DNA of 64,000 bases from Acidobacteriota bacterium (lineage in GTDB: Bacteria > Acidobacteriota > Thermoanaerobaculia > Multivoradales > UBA5704): the NCBI GenBank assembly GCA_040005235.1, contig JBDTZG010000002.1:199775-263774 (forward strand), given 5' to 3'. The notes under the pieces were generated by a model that had not been told where the DNA came from, did not search any database, and worked only from the letters and a program-made list of their open reading frames with translations. How positions within the stretch are numbered: the first letter of the stretch is position 1; each line of letters opens with the position of its first letter. Of this stretch, positions 1 through 7,164 are shown piece by piece. Made by a program: the position numbers and the translations under genes.

Positions 1-186
1 CTTTGGGCATATCGGATTACGTGAAGAAGTGCCTCAATTCGCGGCATCCTGAATATTTCCAACTCGCGGATAACATTCTCGGCCAGGCGGCGAACAGTTT
101 GGACTGTGTTGGACATGGCCTCTCTAGTATAGTCGCAAGTGAGGGCGTTCCGCTGCGCACGATTGTTCGAGAATTGAAGGCAGATT

Positions 187-330
187 CATCTCTCCGAGGA
201 GTCGTCAAGGAGATCGAGGATGGCGACGACGAAGCGGGACATCGGGAAGGAGATCCTCGAAGGGATTCGCCAGATCAAGCGCGGCGAGATCGGCCGCAGA
301 ACGACCGTACCTCCGTCGCTAGCAGTGAAG
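187..330 (+). pseudogene. Truncated duplicate of the relE 3' end and higA 5' end
   Basis: DNA resembles ~1417-1560. Encodes MATTKRDIGKEILEGIRQIKRGEIGRRTTVP versus MAKAKRDIGQEILEGIRQIKRGDIGRITTVP at 1450, then frameshifts and lacks the HTH. Confidence 0.8.
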
Positions 331-376
331 AACCTGGTCGGCGGAGACGCCGATAAGCGATCTGAAGGTTCAGGCC

Positions 377-634
377 CTACTTCTTTGCCGGCTGCCGCCG
401 CATTTGCAGGGAAGAGACCCGCGACCCTCCCGGAAGAGCTGGGAGCCCTCCAGGGCGCAACGAGGCTTCCAGAATGGTGATTCCCACCAGTTCTTTGCCC
501 TGGTAGCGGAGCAGAAGACCGTCGTCGGTCACCCTGGAATCCGTCGCCTCCTGAGGGCGCCGGAGGCTGATGTATAGGACATCGGCCTCCTTGTCGTAGT
601 CCACCGAAAAGCGCGCCATTGGGAGGTCAGCCAT
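377..634 (-). CDS. DUF2283 family small protein (putative antitoxin-like)
   Basis: Motifs YDKEADVLYISL and ELVGITILEAS are typical of DUF2283. Start is 634 (overlapping the upstream stop) or 619. Confidence 0.75.
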   Translation of the reverse strand: MADLPMARFSVDYDKEADVLYISLRRPQEATDSRVTDDGLLLRYQGKELVGITILEASLRPGGLPALPGGSRVSSLQMRRQPAKK

Positions 635-878
635 CGACCAGTTCGGCCGCGAGTTCGTCAAGGTCGATCTTGACCGTGTCCAGCCTTCGCCGCGCAAGCT
701 CGTCGAGGAATGCGAGCCGGGTCAAGCCGGCGATCTGACCGGCCTTACTGCCGCTGATCAGGCCCTGGTGGTACCACTGGACGGCCGCCGCAAACCTCAG
801 CTCTTCGGCGAATTGCGTCGGGTCGATTCGCAGAGCGGAAAAGGCCTCTTCGGGCAAGTCGATCTTGAGTGAGATCAT
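627..878 (-). CDS. UPF0175 family protein (predicted antitoxin)
   Basis: ELRFAAAVQWYHQGLISGSKAGQIAGLTRLAFLDELARR is the UPF0175 HTH pattern. AAGGAG SD precedes ATG 878. Confidence 0.85.
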   Translation of the reverse strand: MISLKIDLPEEAFSALRIDPTQFAEELRFAAAVQWYHQGLISGSKAGQIAGLTRLAFLDELARRRLDTVKIDLDELAAELVDG

Positions 879-980
879 GGACTCTCCTTCGCTGGAACAG
901 CATCGTACTCTATGAGTCGAGAACTCCTCCAATCTCCAGAGGTGGCCGAACCCGGGGCGTCCCACCCTAGCAAACGCAAT

Positions 981-1090
981 TTGCGGCGGGAAAAAGACTC
1001 CTCTGGTGCCTACTAAAGGACGTGCCGTACCTGGCTAAGCTCCAAACGGAGGCGGCTCGGGACAGTAAGCGGAATACGATCTTCATTGAC
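981..1090 (+). pseudogene. Degenerate BrnA-like antitoxin N-terminal fragment
   Basis: Reads LRREKDSSGA, frameshift, KDVPYLAKLQTEAARDSKRNTIFID. Paralogous to MRKEDDFSSAKRAKDVPHLANLQAEAAR at 2069. Confidence 0.65.
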
Positions 1091-1130
1091 TCGGCGAAGA
1101 CTCGGCGAGGAGCAGCTGGCGGCATGGACG

Positions 1131-1136
1131 TATAAT
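1131..1136 (+). promoter_or_regulatory. Consensus -10 box (TATAAT) for a probably leaderless relE/higA transcript
   Basis: Perfect TATAAT 6 nt before GTG 1143, with no SD in between. Confidence 0.55.
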
Positions 1137-1142
1137 CCTCTC

Positions 1143-1463
1143 GTGTTCGTCTTCATCGAGACTCCGCTCTTCACTCGGTTGGTTGCGGACTATCTGACAG
1201 ACGAAGAGCTTTCCGCCGTGCAGCAGCGCCTCTCCAGCTTTCCCGAAACCGGAGACCTGATTCCCGGCTCGGGTGGTCTTCGCAAGATGCGCTGGGCCGG
1301 CTCCGGACGAGGAAAGCGTGGTGGTGTCAGAATCATCTACTACGCGCGAACCCGTGCGGGGGTCATCTGGCTCCTGACCCTCTACGCCAAGAATGAGGCC
1401 GAGAACATCTCAACGCACACCCTCCGGAGAATCGCCAAGGAGATCGAAAATGGCGAAGGCTAA
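1143..1463 (+). CDS. Type II TA toxin, RelE/HigB family
   Basis: FIETPLF...GDLIPGSGGLRKMRW...GRGKRGGVRIIYY...LLTLYAKNE; overlaps the downstream HTH gene. Confidence 0.92.
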   Translation: MFVFIETPLFTRLVADYLTDEELSAVQQRLSSFPETGDLIPGSGGLRKMRWAGSGRGKRGGVRIIYYARTRAGVIWLLTLYAKNEAENISTHTLRRIAKEIENGEG

Positions 1464-1725
1464 ACGTGACATCGGGCAGGAGATCCTCGAAGGGATCCGC
1501 CAAATCAAGCGCGGCGACATCGGCCGGATCACGACCGTTCCTTCCGTCGCCAGTGTTCGAGAGCAAACCGGCCTCTCGCAGACTGCGTTCGCGAGGCTGA
1601 TCGGCGTCTCCGTCCGCACATTGCAGGACTGGGAGCAAGGCCGGCGAGCGCCCTCGGGGCCGGCTCGTACCCTTCTGGCGATCGCGCACCGGAATCCCAA
1701 AGCTCTCCTCGATCTGGTGGCTTGA
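1450..1725 (+). CDS. Type II TA antitoxin, HigA-like XRE HTH
   Basis: VREQTGLSQTAFARLIGVSVRTLQDWEQGRRAPSGPARTLL; toxin-first gene order. Confidence 0.92.
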   Translation: MAKAKRDIGQEILEGIRQIKRGDIGRITTVPSVASVREQTGLSQTAFARLIGVSVRTLQDWEQGRRAPSGPARTLLAIAHRNPKALLDLVA

Positions 1726-1734
1726 GGTGCCATC

Positions 1735-2022
1735 GTGGAGATTCGTTACCCCGCTACCGTAGAAGCGCAGAGCGACGGGCGCTTCCTCGTCCAGTTCGTC
1801 GACCTGCCCGATACCTTCACGGAAGGTGAGACGAAGGAAGAAGCTCTGTTCAACGCCTCCGAGGTTCTTTCGGCCATGCTCGCCTGGCGGCTCGACGAGG
1901 CGAAGGACGTTCCCGCTCCAAGCTTGGAGGTCAAAGGCGCGTTCTACATCGCACCCGATGCGAAGACGCAGGCGGCGATGCTGCTCCGCCTCGCTCGCGG
2001 TGACCGGGGCCTCTCCGTGTGA
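1735..2022 (+). CDS. HicB family antitoxin (orphan, probably C-terminally truncated)
   Basis: YPATVEAQSDGRFLVQFVDLPDTFTEGETKEEALFNASEVL is the HicB RNase H-like pattern. No hicA upstream; the ORF stops where an HTH would begin (RGDRGLS). Confidence 0.8.
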   Translation: MEIRYPATVEAQSDGRFLVQFVDLPDTFTEGETKEEALFNASEVLSAMLAWRLDEAKDVPAPSLEVKGAFYIAPDAKTQAAMLLRLARGDRGLSV

Positions 2023-2068
2023 GACAGCCCCCTCTCTCGGCGCGTACTAGACGCGAAGGAGATTCAGT

Positions 2069-2356
2069 ATGCGGAAGGAAGATGACTTCTCAAGTGCCAA
2101 GCGCGCCAAGGACGTGCCCCACTTGGCGAATCTTCAAGCGGAGGCAGCTCGGGCTGGTCAAGATGTGCGGCTGATCGGCACGGGGATCGCTCACGAAGAG
2201 AAGCTCTTGACGGTCTCGCTCAAAGGAACGCGCCGGCTCCTGGAGCCATTGGAGAATAAGTACCGCCTCGCGGAGTTTCTAGCGACGCTTGAACCGAGCA
2301 CCGACAACTTCCCGGAGATCGAAGATCCGCCGATCGAACCAGAGGACATCTTCTGA
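2069..2356 (+). pseudogene. Chimeric ORF: BrnA-like N-terminus fused to a VapB/AbrB-like C-terminus
   Basis: N-terminus MRKEDDFSSAKRAKDVPHLANLQAE is BrnA-like. C-terminus RRLLEPLE...LAEFLATLEPSTDNFPEIEDPPIEPEDIF is VapB-like. Confidence 0.6.
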
Positions 2357-2433
2357 GGTGGGCTGCTCCCTCAACACCAACGTCCATTCTCATTTCCGTG
2401 ACCTCCAGTTGATTCGGATAGAGTGCCGATCCG

Positions 2434-2880
2434 ATGGAATGCGGACTGAGCATCTCGGTAGTTGATCCCGACCCGGACTACCTCGGGATCAAAATCCGCG
2501 GATGGAACGAGCGGTTTTCTGGAACGACGTTCATCTACGCTGAATGTTCCTCACTGTCGGGCCTCGCGGCGCAGATTGCTGGGTTCCCTAAGGGCATCCC
2601 CGATGAGCGAGTCTTCGTTTTCGGTTCAAAGGATCCGCGCGTTGCTGGCGGCTACTGCCGCCTACGTCTGCGGACGATCGGCGGTGTGGGGCACGCAATG
2701 CTGGACATCGAGATTGACGACAAGTCGGAGCATGATGACTCTCCGGGACTGGCTGCCTTCAGCAATCCCATAGCCGCGGCAAGCGTGGACGATTTTGTCG
2801 GAGCGCTAAGGCGGGTTGAATTCGCTCGAAAAGGCGATGCGATGCTTCCACCGGGTAGGACCCCATGCATCCAGTCCTAG
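2434..2880 (+). CDS. Hypothetical protein
   Basis: 148-aa ORF with globular composition, co-oriented with its neighbours. Confidence 0.6.
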   Translation: MECGLSISVVDPDPDYLGIKIRGWNERFSGTTFIYAECSSLSGLAAQIAGFPKGIPDERVFVFGSKDPRVAGGYCRLRLRTIGGVGHAMLDIEIDDKSEHDDSPGLAAFSNPIAAASVDDFVGALRRVEFARKGDAMLPPGRTPCIQS

Positions 2881-3725
2881 TAACCGGAGCCACGGGTCGG
2901 GTCGGTCGTCTGGTGGTCGACCAACTATTGGCCAAGGGTGTGCCAGTGCGCGCCCTCAGTCGCCGTCCCGGCGCGGCGGGGTTGCCGTCGGCCGTTGAGG
3001 CGGTATTCGGCGACCTGACTGTGCCCGAATCCTTGGACGCTGCGTTCCAGGGTGTCGGTGCGGTTTTCGTCGTGTGGACCGCTCCGTTGGCGACGGCTCA
3101 GGCGGTCGCCGCGCGCCTCGCTACTCACGCCGAGCGGGTCGTCTTTCTCTCCTCGCCGCACCAAACGCCGCACCCGTTCTTCCAGCAACCGAATCCAATG
3201 GCTCTGCTGCACGCCGAGATCGAGCGCTTGATCGCGGCTACTGGCCTCCCATCGACCATCATCCGGCCGGGGATGTTCGCGTCCAATACGGTGAACTGGT
3301 GGGCGGGCCAAATTCGCAACGGTGGCGTCGTCCGGTGGCCCTATGGCGCGGCCGAGACGGCTCCGATCGACGAGCGCGATATCGCGTCGGTGGCGGCGCG
3401 TACCTTGGTTGAGGATGGCCATGCCGGAGCCGATTACGTTCTGACAGGCCCCGAGTCGCTGAGTCAGGTCGAACAGGTTAGGGCCATCGGTGATGCCATG
3501 GGGCGCCGGATTCAGTTCGAGGAGCTGTCGCCGGAGGATTTCCGGCGAGAGACCGCGGGATCCTGGCCTGGTTCGGTCGTGGAGATGCTGCTCGCCGCAT
3601 GGAAGGCAACCCTTGGCCGGCCGGCGTTCGTGACCTCCTGCGTGTCTGATGTCGTCGGCTCACCGGCGCGGACGTTTCGCCAGTGGGCCGCCGATCACGC
3701 TGACGCGTTCCGGGAGCGCGAATGA
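2865..3725 (+). CDS. NAD(P)H-binding NmrA-like/atypical SDR protein
   Basis: VLVTGATGRVG Rossmann motif, TIIRPGMFASN, APIDERDIA. Confidence 0.9.
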   Translation: MHPVLVTGATGRVGRLVVDQLLAKGVPVRALSRRPGAAGLPSAVEAVFGDLTVPESLDAAFQGVGAVFVVWTAPLATAQAVAARLATHAERVVFLSSPHQTPHPFFQQPNPMALLHAEIERLIAATGLPSTIIRPGMFASNTVNWWAGQIRNGGVVRWPYGAAETAPIDERDIASVAARTLVEDGHAGADYVLTGPESLSQVEQVRAIGDAMGRRIQFEELSPEDFRRETAGSWPGSVVEMLLAAWKATLGRPAFVTSCVSDVVGSPARTFRQWAADHADAFRERE

Positions 3726-4408
3726 GTGGGGAAGACGACCCTCAAGCGCGGGTCGCGGCGTTTCCGCCCGACGTGCGAGCTCTAACGCCGCCGCCTCGCC
3801 GCAGCGCAGGAACGGGAGGCCTTCGATGGCTAAGGTACCTCCTCCTGATTGCCGTAGTGTTCGGGTTCACCCAGAGCTTCGTGATGCTGCGCCAATTTCT
3901 CGGCGCCGACTCCCCCTGGCTCGGCTTGCAGTTGATGCTCTATTTCCTGGGATTGACCAAGGTCGCGGAGCCAATCTTTACCTTGAGGATGCCCGGAAGA
4001 CTCCGCTCGATCCAGCCGGAGGAACGGGATGGCGCGCTCTACCGTAAGCTTCTCGTGCCTCAGTTCGGACAGATGCTGCGGGACACTCCCCTTCGCTATC
4101 TCAATCTCGCCGTCTATGTGAAGAAAGGCCGGCCGGACCTTCGAACGCTCGTTCGGTACGTCGAGGCGGCGGAGGCGGCTCACTTTTGGGCCGCGGTGCT
4201 CTTTGCGCCCTACATCGCGTACGTGTTCCTCAAAGGTCGGCCTTGGGTCGCCGGGTTCTTTTTTCTCGTCCAGGTGTTTTTCAATGTCTACCCGATCTTC
4301 CACTTGCGGATCGTGCGGGAACGTCTGGACCGGCATTTCGGCAAGAAGAGCGGCCATGGCCTCCAAGAAAACTTCTCGAGCGGGTCCGTCTCAAAGCTAA
4401 GAGCCTGA
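3722..4408 (+). CDS. Membrane protein, CrtO acyltransferase-like
   Basis: Several hydrophobic helices; AEAAHF and NVYPIFHLRIVRERL resemble CrtO-family motifs. ATGA overlap with the upstream gene. Confidence 0.55.
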   Translation: MSGEDDPQARVAAFPPDVRALTPPPRRSAGTGGLRWLRYLLLIAVVFGFTQSFVMLRQFLGADSPWLGLQLMLYFLGLTKVAEPIFTLRMPGRLRSIQPEERDGALYRKLLVPQFGQMLRDTPLRYLNLAVYVKKGRPDLRTLVRYVEAAEAAHFWAAVLFAPYIAYVFLKGRPWVAGFFFLVQVFFNVYPIFHLRIVRERLDRHFGKKSGHGLQENFSSGSVSKLRA

Positions 4409-4467
4409 TCGAAGGCGTGGCCTGGGGTGTACTTGGCCAGCTGATGCGGTAGATAGAGGACCTACGA

Positions 4468-7146
4468 ATGGCCAAGACGTTCATCGCCTGCCGACCGAGG
4501 AGCCTCACGGAGGCACAGGCCGAGGTGGCCCGCCGCCGTGCGCTGGAGATCAATCCCGACAACATTCTCGAGAGCCATACCGTGCTCCGAACCCCAGAGG
4601 GGCGCCGCGGCGGTCCGCGACGCTTGACGCTGGTCATCGGGCGACGCTGGCCGGCTTCCGGAGTCCGCCTCACCGTACAGTTCCTGGATTCTCCGGCTAA
4701 GGATTTGAGAGCGCGCCTTCTGCAGCATATGAATGCCTGGAACCAGACGGCCAACGTGCACTTCACGGAGACTAAAGGTACCGGCCAAGTGCGCATTGCG
4801 CGGCTCGACAGTCCGGCGGCGATGGCCGGATACTGGTCGTATGTCGGTACGGAGATCCTCGCGATCCCCGAAGACGAGCCGACTTTGAATCTTCAAGAGT
4901 TCACCATGAAGACTCTGGATTCCGAGTTTCACCGCGTGGTGCGCCACGAGGCGGGCCACACTTTGGGATTCGACCACGAGCACATGCGCCAAGAGTTGGT
5001 GCAGAAGATCGATCGCAAGAAGGCCTTCGCCTTCTATGACCAGGACCAGGGGTGGACCCGGGAAGAAACGATCGAGCAGGTGCTCACGCCGCTGGCGAAG
5101 AAATCGATTCTGGGCACGACGGAAGCCGACCCGACTTCGATCATGTGCTACCAGATCCCTGGCGACATCACCAAGGATGGCAAACCGATCGTCGGCGGCA
5201 CGGACATTAACGCCAAGGATTTCGCCTTCGTCGCGACGATCTACCCGAAGAAGGCCGCGGCGCCTGTCGCAACGGTGGAATCCCCGATCGAGGCGGTCCT
5301 ACCGCTTCCTTTGGCTGCCAGTCCCTTGGTCATGCCGTCGTCGGATGAGGGCGCCTTTCATCTGGTGATTCTGGACGCATTCGACGGCCTCACGGCGGAA
5401 GGCAAGGAAGCCGAGAAGCCACGCTTCGCTCGATTGTTCGCCAGCTATGGCGGAGCGCGGGTGACCGCGCCGATGCGCCTCAGGAAAGCGGAAGGTGAGG
5501 CGCCAACACATTTTGGCGAAATCATCGACATGCAAAAGCGTCTCAAGGACTACACGGATCGGGAAAAGGGTTCCTTGCCCACCGACAAAGAGATGCTGAT
5601 TTTCGGCGGAAGTCTGTTCGACACCCTCTTTCAAGGCGATGTGCGCCGCCTCTACGACGAAGCGCGCTCGCGACAGAAATCGGGACAGCTCGATTTCATT
5701 CTCACTTCGATGATCCCATGGATCGCCGAGAAGCCTTGGGAATTTGCCTATGACTCGGTTCGCAAGTGTTTCCTCGCGACCGAGGAAGTTCACTTCGTTC
5801 GCAACGTCCTCACTGCGGTTCCCGCGGAAGTCATTCCCCCTCGCACCGGCCCTCTTCGCATTTTGGTTGTGTCGGCCCAGCCGGTCGCCTTCGGGCGCCT
5901 GTCCGTCGAGCAGGAGACAGAGGTCATTCGAAGGGGTTTTGCTCCGCTGATCGAGGCCGGCCTGGCCGTGGTTGACGTCGTGGCCCGGGTCACGCCGGGG
6001 ATGCTCCATGCCCGCCTGTCGACGGGCGAGTTCCAGGTGGTGCATTTCATCGGTCATGGCGGGTTCGACGAGGACACCCAGGAGGGGTTCCTGATCTTTG
6101 AGAACAACCGCGGAGGAGACGTCCGGCTCACAGAGCGTTCGGCACGGGAAATCTTCTGCCAGCGGGGCGTGAGCATGGTGTTTCTCAACGCTTGCCAAAC
6201 CGGCGCCGGTGGCCTGTCCGACTTCAACAAAGGAGTGGCTCAGTCCCTTGTAGCTCGGGGCCTGCCGGCCCTGGTGGCCAACCAGTACAGCGTGCTCGAC
6301 TCTTCGGCCACCTCGTTCGCCCAATGTTTCTACTGGTCGCTGGCGCAGGGGCTCACCCTGGGCCAAGCCGCACGAGAAGCACGCATTGCCGTCAACTACT
6401 CCATGCAAGGGGATTCCATCGATTGGGCCGTGCCGGTGGTTTACGCCCGCGACCCCGACATGACCCTCGCCACGGCGCCTCCGCGGTTCGTGCCTTTCCC
6501 GGCCGGTGCCGGCCGCGAAGTTCGCCGCGAAATGACCCGCGGTCGGATGGTGCGGGTGGCAATGTGGGACATCGACAGCGTTTTTCCTGCGCTCGAAGAA
6601 ACGCTCCGGAAAATGAACGAGGCCCAGGAGACTTTCGCCTTCGAGCTGGCGGCCATGTCGCCCCCTTTGGATATCTGGGACCTCGAAACTCCCGGACCCG
6701 ATGGAGAACCCTATCTATCGGCGAACCGGCTAGCCGAGCGAATGGCCGGAAAACCGGGTGAATTGCGGGTGGACCTCCTGGTCGCGATGACGCGGCATTG
6801 GATGCGCGACGAAGACTGGTTGAACCTCGATGGCTGGTGGCCGCGCGACCGGAATCCGCCGGTCGTGGTGTTTTCCTTCGCTGGATTCGAGAATCTCGCG
6901 GCGGAGGGGCCGGCTACCGACCGGGCGCTCACGAATCTCACCGTAGCGGGACTGGCCGGTTTTCTCGCCAACGTCGAAAGTCACGAAACCGGCACGCGAA
7001 CCTGCCCCCTTTATTTTGATCCGGAGCATGACCTGGCGCTCCAGACCGGTCCGCAAACGTTTGACAAGTCGTGCCGGACTAAATTGGAGCAGGCGATTCC
7101 GCGTGAGCTACCGGGCCTCGACGCACTGCTCAAGGCATTTCTCTAA
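4468..7146 (+). CDS. Multidomain protease: astacin/M12-like metzincin + CHAT (caspase-like) domain + C-terminal degenerate metallopeptidase-like domain
   Basis: HEAGHTLGFDHEH (HExxHxxGxxHEH) with Met-turn SIMCY; CHAT dyad VVHFIGHG and FLNACQTG, plus PWE and DWAVPVVY motifs. Confidence 0.9.
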   Translation: MAKTFIACRPRSLTEAQAEVARRRALEINPDNILESHTVLRTPEGRRGGPRRLTLVIGRRWPASGVRLTVQFLDSPAKDLRARLLQHMNAWNQTANVHFTETKGTGQVRIARLDSPAAMAGYWSYVGTEILAIPEDEPTLNLQEFTMKTLDSEFHRVVRHEAGHTLGFDHEHMRQELVQKIDRKKAFAFYDQDQGWTREETIEQVLTPLAKKSILGTTEADPTSIMCYQIPGDITKDGKPIVGGTDINAKDFAFVATIYPKKAAAPVATVESPIEAVLPLPLAASPLVMPSSDEGAFHLVILDAFDGLTAEGKEAEKPRFARLFASYGGARVTAPMRLRKAEGEAPTHFGEIIDMQKRLKDYTDREKGSLPTDKEMLIFGGSLFDTLFQGDVRRLYDEARSRQKSGQLDFILTSMIPWIAEKPWEFAYDSVRKCFLATEEVHFVRNVLTAVPAEVIPPRTGPLRILVVSAQPVAFGRLSVEQETEVIRRGFAPLIEAGLAVVDVVARVTPGMLHARLSTGEFQVVHFIGHGGFDEDTQEGFLIFENNRGGDVRLTERSAREIFCQRGVSMVFLNACQTGAGGLSDFNKGVAQSLVARGLPALVANQYSVLDSSATSFAQCFYWSLAQGLTLGQAAREARIAVNYSMQGDSIDWAVPVVYARDPDMTLATAPPRFVPFPAGAGREVRREMTRGRMVRVAMWDIDSVFPALEETLRKMNEAQETFAFELAAMSPPLDIWDLETPGPDGEPYLSANRLAERMAGKPGELRVDLLVAMTRHWMRDEDWLNLDGWWPRDRNPPVVVFSFAGFENLAAEGPATDRALTNLTVAGLAGFLANVESHETGTRTCPLYFDPEHDLALQTGPQTFDKSCRTKLEQAIPRELPGLDALLKAFL

Positions 7147-7164
7147 GGAAAGGAGTAGTTCTCA

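Noticed and set aside
3-356. 117-aa ORF at the window start
   Set aside because: Appears to be read-through across non-coding DNA and the relE/higA relic, not a coherent protein.
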